Notes: generated from the letters alone by a model not told the origin. A DNA stretch of 64,000 bases from Sumerlaeia bacterium (GCA_040219255.1 JAVJSW010000049.1:58067-122066), one strand, 5' to 3'; counted from the stretch's first letter, positions 1 to 9,641 are shown. Made by a program: numbers and translations.

Positions 1-682
1 GATTCGGAATCAGCACCCGCGGGTCGCGGCCTGTGCTCAGGTAATAGTCGATCAGGCGCTCGTAGCGGAAATTCGTCTGCTGATTCAGGAAATCGATTTC
101 CCGGCGCGTCGGCGTGCGTTCTCCCTGGGCGGCGCGCTCCGCTTCAGCCCGCGACCGGTAGGGCGAGATTTGCGCGGGGTCCCTGGCGGGTTCGGCTTCG
201 CGCTCCGCCGCCGCCTCGCGCTCGGCCCGCTCCCTCGCCGCCAGGAAGGCCTCCAGAAGGTCGCGGCTCGGCGGCGCCGGAGCCTTGCGCGGCGCGGCGT
301 TCCCGCCCGACTCAGCCGCCTCTTCCAGCGATGCCGCCTCGCGGAACGCGTCCTGCCAATCGAGCCATAACTCCACGTAGGCGAACGTCTCCGCCTGCTC
401 CTTCCCCGCCAACGCCTCCAGCCGAGCGGCCAGACGTTCCAGCTTTTCCGCCAGGACATCGCGCCGGGTAAGCGCCTCGCCGCCCTCGCCGGGCCCCTCC
501 GCCCGAATGACCACCGGCCCGTCGCCCTCGGGCACCACGGGCGCGGCCTCGCTCTCCGTGGCAAACCGGACGATGTAGGACTCGGGCGCCTGGTCCTCGG
601 CGGCGGGCGCGGCGCTCGAAGAAACGGCGGCGCAGAACAGACACAGTCCAAGCAGCGGGCGGATTTTCCATCGGTCGGTCAT
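1..682 (-). CDS. Hypothetical secreted protein, 3'-truncated at window edge. N-terminal signal peptide (MTDRWKIRPLLGLCLFCAAVSSSAAPA), Ala/Glu-rich helical region.
   Basis: ATG near 682 on the minus strand. The frame stays open to position 1 and is not in the ORF track because it runs off the window. Codon usage (gcc/gag/gcg) matches neighbouring genes. The h-region plus AxA-like site fits a Sec signal. Confidence 0.55.
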   Translation of the reverse strand, partial: MTDRWKIRPLLGLCLFCAAVSSSAAPAAEDQAPESYIVRFATESEAAPVVPEGDGPVVIRAEGPGEGGEALTRRDVLAEKLERLAARLEALAGKEQAETFAYVELWLDWQDAFREAASLEEAAESGGNAAPRKAPAPPSRDLLEAFLAARERAEREAAAEREAEPARDPAQISPYRSRAEAERAAQGERTPTRREIDFLNQQTNFRYERLIDYYLSTGRDPRVLIPN

Positions 683-896
683 TTTCGGCATCGTCTCCTT
701 GCCCCGGGAATCCATGCGTGGGAACGATACAACTTCCCCCGAACATTTGCCAAGCAAGGATTGGCCAACTTCTACACATCGCCTTCTCCTTTACTCGCAA
801 CGTCGATCTTTTTTTTTGCCCTGGATTTTCCTCTTGCGTCCCCTGATTGGAACACCGCAGCGTCGCCCCCGCATCAAACCTTTTGGAGTTCCACCC

Positions 897-2768
897 ATGG
901 GAAATCCCCATCTCCCGCTTGGCCGCCTCCCGCTTGGCCTCTGTCTGCTCGCCGGGCTGGCTCTCGCGCCCGGCCTGCGCGCAGCCGAGCCACCGGCCGA
1001 CTACAAAGCCGCGCTGACGCTGCATCAGCAAAAAGACTACGCCGCCGCCCACGACGCCTTCGCCGCCTGGGCCAAAGCCAACCCGGCGAACCCGTGGCGC
1101 CCCAATGCCGAATTCCTCTCCATCAAATCGCTCTATGAAGCCGGCGACTACGACGCCTTTCTGGCCGCTGTCGAAGCGCTGAAGGCGAAAGCCCCCACCC
1201 ACCCTTCGCTCGACGATCTGACCTACCTGTCGGGCCGGGCGCTGGAGGAGAGCGGCCGCTGGCGCGAGGCCAAGTTCCTCTACCGCGATTTCGCCAGGGC
1301 CTATCCCGAATCGCCCTACAACGCCGAAATCGCCAAGCGCGAACCCTACACGAAGTTCCATACCTTCCTTCGCGTTTATGAGATTGAGAAGGATTGGGAG
1401 CGAGCCCGGATCAATTTCCAGGTCTATGCCATCGACCGGTCGAACCCGCCCCACCTGCGCGAAGCGGCCCAGTTCTATGCCGTCAAAGCGCTGGAAAGCA
1501 TGAAGGACTACAAAGCCTTCGAGCGAGAAGCCAAGGCCCTCTGCGCGGAAAACCCCGCCCATCCGTCCTGCGACGACCTCGCGCTGATGCTGGCCTACAT
1601 CAAGACCAAGGACTTTGATTACGAGGGCGCGGTGCTGGCCTATCAGGACTTCCTGGCCCAGTACCCCGATTCGCCGCTCGCCGCCAAGGCCCGCGAGCAC
1701 ATCGCCGAATTCGGCATCCTCACCGGCCCCGGCCTGCCTCCAACGGACCTGACCGAAGCCGAGCGCCGCGAGCGGATTTCGCTCAACGTCTGGTGGCTCA
1801 ACGATCTACGGGCCCAGGGCAAGGACCTGCCCTTCGCCGCCACGGCCCGGTCCTTCGCCAAGAAGCAACCCGGCCACGCCGACGCGCCCGAGCTGGCGCT
1901 GAAGGCCCTGCGCCGCGCCAAGGTGAAGCATAAGGACGACTTCGCCGACACCTTCGCCCTGGAACTCGCCGAATCCCCCCTCGCCAGCCGCGTCACTTGG
2001 CTCGGCGGCCGCACCGGTCAGACCGAAGCCCAAGCCAAAGAGACCTTCAACGCCGTCCGCGACCGCATGAAACGCACCGGCAACGCCCAGGAAGCGATGC
2101 TCGAATACAGCGACTTCCTGACTGCATACGGCAACAACTGGCGCGCCCCCATGGCCAAACTCGAAATGGCCAGCCTCTGCGTCGGCATGGGCGACCGCCA
2201 CGGGTTCAACCTCCTCAAAGCCGAACTCGAAGGCCACCTCGAACCCGAGCAAGCGGACCGCCTGCGGGTTTATGAAAGCTGCTTCCTCTTGGAAAGCGGG
2301 CAGAAGGGCAAGGCGAAGCGGATTCTCGAGGAAGTTTCCGCGCGCAATCCTAGCACAGCAATTTACGAGCATTTTGTCAGAGAAGTGTTTGAGGATTGGG
2401 TTGCTACAAAGAATGTCGGCGCGATTCGCCGATTCGCGCCCCATATGGACAAACTCTACACATCTAGTGAACTCGAGTGGGGTTTCGCTTCTCGGTATCT
2501 CGGCGTCGCTGCATACCAGTCTGGTAAATACGCAGAGGCAGCCCGTCAGTTGCAGGTGGTTTGGAACGAGGCGACGCTGAAAGGTGAGGAGGCAGATCGT
2601 CAAAAACTCTTCACCGCGTGGTGGCTTGCTGGCGTTTACCGAATGATCGGCGACGACGAAATGGTGAATTATTGGGTACGAAGGGTCGAGCGCGAAGTGC
2701 CGCCTTCACGCGTTCGGACGGATATGTTCAAAATGTTTGCCTATGAGGTTTCGCTCGATGAAATTTAG
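897..2768 (+). CDS. TPR-repeat protein with N-terminal signal peptide (MGNPHLPLGRLPLGLCLLAGLALAPGLRAAEP).
   Basis: ORF 699..2768; internal Met at residue 67 precedes a clear signal peptide. Repeated ~34-aa helical units with the W/Y/A/F-x-x-A-x-x-Y pattern. The last ~450 nt have markedly lower GC than the rest of the gene. Confidence 0.7.
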   Translation: MGNPHLPLGRLPLGLCLLAGLALAPGLRAAEPPADYKAALTLHQQKDYAAAHDAFAAWAKANPANPWRPNAEFLSIKSLYEAGDYDAFLAAVEALKAKAPTHPSLDDLTYLSGRALEESGRWREAKFLYRDFARAYPESPYNAEIAKREPYTKFHTFLRVYEIEKDWERARINFQVYAIDRSNPPHLREAAQFYAVKALESMKDYKAFEREAKALCAENPAHPSCDDLALMLAYIKTKDFDYEGAVLAYQDFLAQYPDSPLAAKAREHIAEFGILTGPGLPPTDLTEAERRERISLNVWWLNDLRAQGKDLPFAATARSFAKKQPGHADAPELALKALRRAKVKHKDDFADTFALELAESPLASRVTWLGGRTGQTEAQAKETFNAVRDRMKRTGNAQEAMLEYSDFLTAYGNNWRAPMAKLEMASLCVGMGDRHGFNLLKAELEGHLEPEQADRLRVYESCFLLESGQKGKAKRILEEVSARNPSTAIYEHFVREVFEDWVATKNVGAIRRFAPHMDKLYTSSELEWGFASRYLGVAAYQSGKYAEAARQLQVVWNEATLKGEEADRQKLFTAWWLAGVYRMIGDDEMVNYWVRRVEREVPPSRVRTDMFKMFAYEVSLDEI

Positions 2769-3864
2769 TGTTGTATTTCGTTATCTTTGCTTGGGTGTTG
2801 CCATTGCTGGGGTGGCCTCAGTCTTCGCCGGAGAAGGTAATCCGAGTATTCCTACGAGTTGCTTGCCCCAGGAAAGCATTTGCTATGGGGATCCGAACGA
2901 CCCGCAACCATGTCCGGCTAACTCGGGAAACCCAAATCCAGACGTATGTACGGGAACGTCAAATGGACTGACCGTCGACTGGCATTGGTACCAAATCTGT
3001 GTTGAACGTGAACTCTGTGTAGGTGACAAGATTGATGAATCCGTCATCCGTATCAACGGGTTGCAGCATCCAACAGTACTCCCGGTTCAGTACAGCCCGT
3101 CAGTGGTTACCGAGGCAGGAGTTATTGCTGTGAATGTCAGCTTTGCCTACCCTTGCTGTAGAAACTACGACTTCGGGTGTTGGGGTGACCCGGTCGGAGT
3201 GACCCGGACGGTGTTTATCAAGGTTCATGAATACGTCAGGAATGGTGATGTGGTTCCGCGTGGAGGTATGCGACGAATTGCGGCCGTCATGGGCATAGAT
3301 TCGAGTAATAATTTGCATAATCACGACTATCGCCATGCGCCCGCACCAAGAAAAGATGTTACTGGCTTCGATTATGGTAAGACCGCATCTACTATTGCTA
3401 ACGACCTATGCTTTGTAGACGTTACCGCGAACTATTATACCAATGCTTTTTGTCAATACACATTGACGGTAAGTAAGGGTGCTGTTGCTGGGAGTTACGC
3501 GATCGCGAGCGTTGGGGCGGAGTTGTCCTCGCCAAATGGAAGTAAAAACAAGGGGTACGGAGTAACTACGGAAAACGAAGCACTAAGCGTAACTTTTATT
3601 TTTGGGACACTTTTGGAAGTGTCTTGTAGTCCCGTAGGGAATACTCACACCGCGGATGGAAACTTCACATTGGCTATATCGGACGAAGAGCAGAAAAACC
3701 CGCACGAACCCAAGAAGACCCACGATATCACAGACCCAACCGACTTGACGGTCGAAGCACAGGCTAGGATTAATCTTAGCTTTTCCATGGCAGACGCCTA
3801 TATATTGGGTTCAATTAGCGAGAGCGCACCAGACTCAGGCAAAGTTTTTGATTGGGGGAACTAA
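2758..3864 (+). CDS. Hypothetical secreted cysteine-rich protein (13 Cys, 368 aa); low-GC island gene A.
   Basis: ORF 2737..3864. Met at residue 8 begins MKFSVVFRYLCLGVAIAGVASVFA (signal peptide). AT-richer codon usage than the flanks. No motif I recognise. Confidence 0.6.
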   Translation: MKFSVVFRYLCLGVAIAGVASVFAGEGNPSIPTSCLPQESICYGDPNDPQPCPANSGNPNPDVCTGTSNGLTVDWHWYQICVERELCVGDKIDESVIRINGLQHPTVLPVQYSPSVVTEAGVIAVNVSFAYPCCRNYDFGCWGDPVGVTRTVFIKVHEYVRNGDVVPRGGMRRIAAVMGIDSSNNLHNHDYRHAPAPRKDVTGFDYGKTASTIANDLCFVDVTANYYTNAFCQYTLTVSKGAVAGSYAIASVGAELSSPNGSKNKGYGVTTENEALSVTFIFGTLLEVSCSPVGNTHTADGNFTLAISDEEQKNPHEPKKTHDITDPTDLTVEAQARINLSFSMADAYILGSISESAPDSGKVFDWGN

Positions 3865-3867
3865 GTG

Positions 3868-4842
3868 ATGGGGAGCCTGTCTAGAATAATTCCTAGTCCA
3901 TGGATGGCAGCATTTCTTGCATTGGGATTGGTTTTTTGCTACAATTCCGCGGCTATTGCGTCCGATTCAACGGTTGTAGATTGGAAAATGGATGCCGCAT
4001 GTGAGAACGACTTTTCTTCTTTCTTGGCAGATGAGGATGTTAGAAACGCCCTCAATGAACGGTATTCGCAAATAGAAGAATTACTTCTTGAGTTTGAAGG
4101 CGACAAATTGCCGATCAAGGTGTGGTTTCAGAAGTCGGTCTGTATGGATTTGGAAAAGCTCAACATCAACTTTTCAAGAGTTGATCGGGAACAATTTCCC
4201 AGTTTTTCGGCCTTCATTAGATGGAGCAATGATGCATTCGTCGGCGAAGCTACGGAGAGTATCAATACCGTCATGAGAGAAGGTATTACCCTGCAGAGCG
4301 CAGAAACTGACATCGAGGACTTCACGGTGTTTGCCGCAGCAGTCAGGGACTTGCTCCGTAACCATTGGTGCAAGGGTGAGAATTTGTACATTTGGAGAGA
4401 GAGGTTGTCTCCGCAAGTTTCAGCTGCTGCGGACGAATATGGGAATGTTGTGTCAGGCGGTTTGGCTCATGAAGAGTACGACGCACTTGTCGGCCAATTG
4501 GTAGAGTTTGACCTAGGGATTCAACTAAAGGCCCAGGTACAATCACTAGTGAAAGTATATTCTGATGATAGGCTAAATATATTTACAACGGGGCTGTACT
4601 ACCGCCGTTCCTATGACGAAGATCCACTAGAAGTCTATAATTCGTACGTGAAAGGCTGTTTGGACTGTCGCATTTTTCATGCGGAAATCTCGAAGCACCT
4701 GAATGGGTTTTATCTTTACCCGGTTTTCGATGCATTCACATTTGGAAAAACTCGGAAAGTTCACAGAGTTTCTTCGGCGTCGCTGAATGACCCTGCGTCT
4801 GATAGTCTCATCCCCTTTGATGTCGATGAGTACTGCGATTAA
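3868..4842 (+). CDS. Hypothetical secreted protein (325 aa); low-GC island gene B.
   Basis: ORF 3865..4842 (GTG then ATG). Signal-like N-terminus MMGSLSRIIPSPWMAAFLALGLVFCYNSAAIA. Begins 1-4 nt after the gene A stop (coupled). Low GC. Confidence 0.6.
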   Translation: MGSLSRIIPSPWMAAFLALGLVFCYNSAAIASDSTVVDWKMDAACENDFSSFLADEDVRNALNERYSQIEELLLEFEGDKLPIKVWFQKSVCMDLEKLNINFSRVDREQFPSFSAFIRWSNDAFVGEATESINTVMREGITLQSAETDIEDFTVFAAAVRDLLRNHWCKGENLYIWRERLSPQVSAAADEYGNVVSGGLAHEEYDALVGQLVEFDLGIQLKAQVQSLVKVYSDDRLNIFTTGLYYRRSYDEDPLEVYNSYVKGCLDCRIFHAEISKHLNGFYLYPVFDAFTFGKTRKVHRVSSASLNDPASDSLIPFDVDEYCD

Positions 4843-5016
4843 GCAATTCTACTCGGCTGGCTCTTATGGAGGACAAATTGAACTGCCGCGAGGCATAGGA
4901 TTTTCCCCATTGCCCCCGCCCGCCCCTTCCCCTTCCCTGTCAGGCGCAATCCCTGACGGAGCGTTTGCCTCGTGCGATTTCCCAGTGAGTTGTGGGCCTG
5001 CGGCGAGCAGGCTCGC

Positions 5017-5370
5017 ATGGCGTCCAGCCTGGCCGAGTTGATGGCCGCCGAGCCGTTGATCCTGACGGATCGGCTGACGAATTCGATCTATTTCAATCCC
5101 CCGGCGGAAGCCCTCTTCGGCGCCACCGGCGAGGAGTTGGTGAACCGCGTGACGTTCTCGCTGCTGGGGATGGACGGCGGCGCGCAGCCGCCCCCGCCCG
5201 CCATGGTGGCGGCGCTGCTGGGCGAGGCGGGGCCGTGGAAGGCGCTGCTGCACCTGCCCGCCGAGGGGGGGGCGCGCACCGTCATCTGCGAAGCGTCGGC
5301 GGTCAAGGACCGCACCGGCGAGCTGATTTGCGGCGTGATCCGTCTGAGCCCAAAGGAGGTCGCGCGATGA
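5017..5370 (+). CDS. Stand-alone PAS (sensory box) domain protein, ~117 aa.
   Basis: ORF 4972..5370; Met at residue 16. The stretch PLILTDRLTNSIYFNPPAEALFGATGEELVNR matches the PAS core consensus (I-x-D-x-x-G-x-I-x-x-N-x-A-x-x-x-x-G-Y). Its end overlaps the purN start by 4 nt. Confidence 0.5.
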   Translation: MASSLAELMAAEPLILTDRLTNSIYFNPPAEALFGATGEELVNRVTFSLLGMDGGAQPPPPAMVAALLGEAGPWKALLHLPAEGGARTVICEASAVKDRTGELICGVIRLSPKEVAR

Positions 5371-6002
5371 AAATCGGCGTTCTGATTTCCGGCCGCGGAT
5401 CGAACCTTGAGGCGCTCCTCAAGGCCAAAAAGCGCGGGCAGCTCGAGGCGGCGGAGTTCGTCCTGGTCGTCAGCAACAACCCGGACGCGCCGGGTCTGGA
5501 ACGCGCCCGCGAGCGCGGCATCCCAACGCTGGTGCTGGATCATCGCAGCCACCGCACGCCCGATGACCGCCTGGATCGCGCAGGCCATGAAGCCGCCGTG
5601 GTCGATGCGCTGCGCGAGGCGGGCGCCGACGCCGTCGTCCTGGCCGGCTGGATGCGCATCGTGGGCGAGCGCCTGCTTGCCGCCTTTCCCGGCGCCATCA
5701 TCAACATTCACCCCTCCCTTCTGCCCAGCTTCCCCGGCCTCCACGCCCAGCGCCAGGCCCTCGACCACGGCGTCAAGGTCACCGGCTGCACTGTGCATTT
5801 CGTGGACGACGGCATGGATACGGGCCCGATCATCGTGCAGCGCGCGGTGCCGATTCTGGAGACGGACGACGAGGCGAGCCTCTCGACCCGTCTCCTGCGC
5901 GAGGAGCACGGCGCCATCGTCGAGGCGGTGGACCTGTGGTCTCAGGGGCGGCTGGCCATCGAAGGCCGCCGCGTGCGCGTGCGATCATTAAGAACCGGCT
6001 GA
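5367..6002 (+). CDS. purN: Phosphoribosylglycinamide formyltransferase (PurN).
   Basis: MKIGVLISGRGSNLEALL..., the catalytic HPSLLPSFPG, and the DxG (MDTGPII) folate-binding motifs. AAGGAGG Shine-Dalgarno 7 nt upstream of the ATG. Confidence 0.9.
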   Translation: MKIGVLISGRGSNLEALLKAKKRGQLEAAEFVLVVSNNPDAPGLERARERGIPTLVLDHRSHRTPDDRLDRAGHEAAVVDALREAGADAVVLAGWMRIVGERLLAAFPGAIINIHPSLLPSFPGLHAQRQALDHGVKVTGCTVHFVDDGMDTGPIIVQRAVPILETDDEASLSTRLLREEHGAIVEAVDLWSQGRLAIEGRRVRVRSLRTG

Positions 6003-7136
6003 TTCGACGCGCCGGTACACGGCGAGGGTGCCCTCGACCATGCGGCCGGTGCTGAAGCGCTCGCGAACGGTCGCCGGTCCGGCTTGGGCAAAGGCTTCGC
6101 GGCGGGCGGGATCTTGCCAGAGAGCCGCCAACGCCTCGGCCAGCGGCCCCGGAGCCCGCGGCGGCACCAGGACGCCATTCTCCCCGTCGCGCACGATGTC
6201 TGGAATGCCGCCGGTGCGCGCCGCTACGCACGGCAGGCCCACCGCCATGGCGTCCAGCAGCGCCGTCCCTAGGCCTTCCAGCTTGCTCGGCAACACGAAC
6301 AGGTCGAAGGCCGCGAGGTGCTCGGCCACGTCCTCGCGCCACCCTGTCAGCCGCACCCGCTCGCCGAGACCGAGGGCCGCGATGCGCGTCTCCATGTCGG
6401 GGCGCAGCTCGCCCTCACCGACAAAGACGACGCGCGCCCCCGGCAGGCGTTCGATCAGCGCGGGCACGGCTTCGATCAGGTTCAGCGGGTCCTTGTGATC
6501 GACATAGGCGCCGACGGTTCCGATCACCGGACCCGGCTCCTCGACGCCCCACGCGGCGCGCAGGCGCTCGCGGACGGCGGCTCGGGCGTCGCCCGCGAGC
6601 ACAAAACGCCCGGGATCGACTCCGCTGGGCACGAGGGTGATGCGTTCTGGCGCGACGCCCCCGGCGCGCAGCTCGGCCGCGATGGCTTCGCTGATGGCGA
6701 TGTAGTGCAGGTTTCCCGCCCCATATTTTCGCCGCGACGCCCAGTTGGTCTTGATCGGAAAATCCACCCGCCGCGTCACCACGACGTCCGATCGGCCGCG
6801 GGAAGCCTTCAGCGCCAGCGCATGCCCCGCGCCCGTGTGGGCGTGCAGGATATAGCCCTCATAATGCGCCAGACGATGCACCGCCCACTCGGCTCGCGGG
6901 TCCCAAAGCCGCCACGGCGGCACCTCCAGCACGTCGAATCCCTCGGCGCCTGCGCGCCGTGCCAGTTCACCGCCCCGGCGCGCGGCCAACAACTGGCGGA
7001 TCGGTTCGCCAGTCTCGGCCCGCGCGCGCAAGCCCCGCATCAACGCCATGACCTGACCCTCGCCACCGCGAAAACCCTTCTCGGTGTCGATGTGCAGGAT
7101 GCGCAGTTCGGGGCGGTTCAAAGCGGGAGGGGGCAC
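5988..7136 (-). CDS. Glycosyltransferase family 4 (GT-B, RfaB/WcaL-like).
   Basis: N-terminal ILHIDTEKGFRGGEGQV. C-terminal GT4 signature FVLPSKLEGLGTALLDAMAVGLPCVAARTGGIPDIV (E-x7-E motif). Its 3' end overlaps purN convergently by 15 nt. Confidence 0.85.
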   Translation of the reverse strand: MPPPALNRPELRILHIDTEKGFRGGEGQVMALMRGLRARAETGEPIRQLLAARRGGELARRAGAEGFDVLEVPPWRLWDPRAEWAVHRLAHYEGYILHAHTGAGHALALKASRGRSDVVVTRRVDFPIKTNWASRRKYGAGNLHYIAISEAIAAELRAGGVAPERITLVPSGVDPGRFVLAGDARAAVRERLRAAWGVEEPGPVIGTVGAYVDHKDPLNLIEAVPALIERLPGARVVFVGEGELRPDMETRIAALGLGERVRLTGWREDVAEHLAAFDLFVLPSKLEGLGTALLDAMAVGLPCVAARTGGIPDIVRDGENGVLVPPRAPGPLAEALAALWQDPARREAFAQAGPATVRERFSTGRMVEGTLAVYRRVESAGS

Positions 7137-7220
7137 AAGCGGAGTACTTAAGAGCGATGGCGCGGACAGAACGCCCGCGCCATCGAAGAATAGCCTCAGG
7201 TGCTTTCCGGGGGGAAAGGT

Positions 7221-9470
7221 TTAGTAGCGGGTTTCCGACGGCGGGGGCAGGACCGGCTGCGAAGGACGGGCGCCACCGCCTCCATCGGTCGGCGAAGGCC
7301 GGCGGGTTTCTTCCTCGCGGTCCCTTTCCGAACCGGGTTCGGCGGGGCGGTCCTGACCGCCACGGGTGCGGACGGGAGCCTCGCCGCCGCCGCCGCGATT
7401 GCCACCGCCACCGCCAATGGAGGCGCTGCCGCCGGTCGCCTGCGGCCGGAAGTTCGAATCGCGGCCCGCGCCGGCGGCCGGCTGGCGCACTTCGCGGGTC
7501 ACGCCCAACTGCTCGAGTTCGCCCGCCACCCCGGCGCCTTCCGCGCCAGACATCAAGTCCGACGGATCGAAATCGAAGTCCCCAGCCTCGATGTCCTCCA
7601 GGCTGATGTCTTCATCCGCGGCGGGCGCATAGCTCTCCGTGTTCTCCGCATAGTTCGTCACCATGCGGCCCCGTCGGCCGTCTTCGTTGATCTGGCGGGG
7701 GATGGTGTCTTCCACGATGGTCGGGGTGATGAAGATTTGGAGTTGAGTTCTATTGGTCGTGGTGGAGCGCGAACCGAAAACCGGCCCCACAACGGGCAGG
7801 CTCGAAAGGAATGGCAAGCCGCCGTTTGTCTCCGCGTCCGAGTTCGTGATCAAACCACCGATCACGCGCGTCTGTCCCGAGGGAATCGTCAAGATCGTTT
7901 CCAGCGTTTGCGTATCGCTTCGGATCAGAGTGAATTCCTCGCCGTCAGCCAACCGAGTGACCGGCTGGGCATCGTCGTTGTCGATCTGCAAGTCCAGCTC
8001 GATCAGATAGCTGTTGGAAATCGAGGGGGTCACTTCGAAAGTCAAACCGTCGCGCACCGTCTGCTGGGTTTGTGTGCGGAAATTGTTCACGTTGTTTGTA
8101 TCGGTGATCGTCGAAAGGAACGGTTCCTCCGAACCGACGCGAATTCGCGAGGCTTCCTGATTCTTCACCAGCAGGCGCGGCTGGAGAAGAGTCTTCGTGT
8201 TGGTGTCTTCAAAGGAGGCTTGATACTCGATGAAAGCTTCGTCGCCCAAGTAAGCGCCAGCAAGCTGGTTGCCGCTCAGCGCCAGGTAAGGAAAGGTCGA
8301 CGCCAATTCCCGGAATCCCATGCCGTCATCGTCATCATCGATGGTTCCGACGGGATTTCGGGGACCAACCCGCGTGCCAGCCGCGTCCGGTGGATTGATA
8401 AACGGATCGCCCGAGATCGCAGCCTGCTGAAGCCCGATGTTGAAGCCACGATTGAACGTCGTCTGCAAGATCTCGGCTTGGATCAGCACCTGCTTCACCG
8501 GACGGTCGAAACCAGCCAGGATCTGCTCCACGCGCTCGTGGACCTCGGGCACGTCTTCCAGGATGAAGACACCCTGCTTGTCATTGATTTCAAACAGCAG
8601 GTCCGGCGTGCGGATGGTCTCGATGATCTCCTGCAACTGCTCCAGGTCCTCGCCGTCGATGCCGATGTTGTTCACATCGTAGATGACGATTTCCGGACCC
8701 ACGTCCAGGATGTCGATCAGCAGCTCCATCTTCTTGATGTTGCTCAGCAGGTCCGTCACAATGATCTGGTGGGTTTTCGGGTCCACCTCGATGGTACCCG
8801 GGTCGCTCTTGTAGGTTTCGATTTTCTGGGCGATGTCCTCCACGTCGGCGTAGCGCAGGTAGAAGACGCGGGTAAAGAGCTGGACGTCGATTTCACGGAT
8901 CAGGCGCTCGATGCGCTCGATCACGTCGGGCAGATCGCTGACGATGATTTTGTTCGTGCGGTTGTCGCTCGTGATGCTGCCGATGTCGCGGGTCAGGGCG
9001 GGTCGGATCGCCTGCTCCAACTCCGCCGCGTTCACATGATCGGGGCGGAAAATCTTCGTGATGACTTTGTTCGGCAGGATATTCTGGCGGTACCATTGCT
9101 CATCGGCGATGCCGAATGTGCCGTCGTCCTGCTTGAACCACACCAGATTGTTCGGCGTGGCAAGACTCGTCAGTGCTTCCTCCAGGGTGGCGTCCGGTTT
9201 GAAAATCGAGACCCGCTGGCCAACCGCGCGGCCAAAGGCCGAGATGCTGGTGTCGGCCTGATTCCCGAGGACCTGCAGCACGATTTCGATCTTGGCGTCG
9301 TTGAACACCGCCTTCACTTTGCGGTCGCCGGGGTTTTCGGCCATTTCCTGGGCCCGGGCGGTGCCCGGCAGGCCGAGGGCCGCCGCCACCAGCAACGCCC
9401 ACAGCACCGGCCACAGGGCCGCGGCGGGGCGGGAGAGGATTGAACGAAGGGGGGTGATCAACGTGGTCAT
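7221..9470 (-). CDS. Secretin (GspD/PilQ family outer-membrane channel) with multiple N-domains and a Gly/Arg-rich C-terminal tail.
   Basis: ORF 7221..9632; Met55 begins a signal peptide (MTTLITPLRSILSRPAAALWPVLWALLVAAALGLPGTARAQE). Several NolW-like N-domains (RVFYLRYADVEDIAQKI...IIVTD). Secretin C-domain signature GGLPFLSSLPVVGPVFGSRSTTTNRTQLQIFITPTIVED. The last ~70 aa are GGGGNRGGGG / RD-rich. Confidence 0.85.
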   Translation of the reverse strand: MTTLITPLRSILSRPAAALWPVLWALLVAAALGLPGTARAQEMAENPGDRKVKAVFNDAKIEIVLQVLGNQADTSISAFGRAVGQRVSIFKPDATLEEALTSLATPNNLVWFKQDDGTFGIADEQWYRQNILPNKVITKIFRPDHVNAAELEQAIRPALTRDIGSITSDNRTNKIIVSDLPDVIERIERLIREIDVQLFTRVFYLRYADVEDIAQKIETYKSDPGTIEVDPKTHQIIVTDLLSNIKKMELLIDILDVGPEIVIYDVNNIGIDGEDLEQLQEIIETIRTPDLLFEINDKQGVFILEDVPEVHERVEQILAGFDRPVKQVLIQAEILQTTFNRGFNIGLQQAAISGDPFINPPDAAGTRVGPRNPVGTIDDDDDGMGFRELASTFPYLALSGNQLAGAYLGDEAFIEYQASFEDTNTKTLLQPRLLVKNQEASRIRVGSEEPFLSTITDTNNVNNFRTQTQQTVRDGLTFEVTPSISNSYLIELDLQIDNDDAQPVTRLADGEEFTLIRSDTQTLETILTIPSGQTRVIGGLITNSDAETNGGLPFLSSLPVVGPVFGSRSTTTNRTQLQIFITPTIVEDTIPRQINEDGRRGRMVTNYAENTESYAPAADEDISLEDIEAGDFDFDPSDLMSGAEGAGVAGELEQLGVTREVRQPAAGAGRDSNFRPQATGGSASIGGGGGNRGGGGEAPVRTRGGQDRPAEPGSERDREEETRRPSPTDGGGGARPSQPVLPPPSETRY

Positions 9471-9641
9471 GAGTCTCGGGGGCTCCATGGCTCCGGGTTC
9501 GGGTCGCGTCGCGTGGTTGGTTTCAACCGGTTCGCACCTGAGGCAGGGTTTCAGGCTTTCGCCGATCATGAGGCGAGGTGTCACGCGGAAAGTTCCAGCG
9601 GCAAAGGGAGAGTGCTCAGGCGGGGTCTTCAAAACGGGGGC

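Noticed and set aside
85-1700. Two minus-strand Arg-rich ORFs (85..651, 312..1700)
   Set aside because: Poly-Arg/Gly/Pro translations overlap both the real partial gene (frame starting ~682) and the TPR gene. These are wrong-frame readings of GC-rich DNA.
7200-9443. 747-aa plus-strand ORF
   Set aside because: It is antisense to the secretin gene, with no motifs. Rejected as a GC artefact. The same applies to 15898..17265 (+), 17201..18709 (-), 18544..20310 (-), 20090..21613 (-), 39713..40729 (-), 41178..42455 (-), 43397..45736 (-), 45888..46874 (-), 47101..48477 (+) and 49304..51034 (+).
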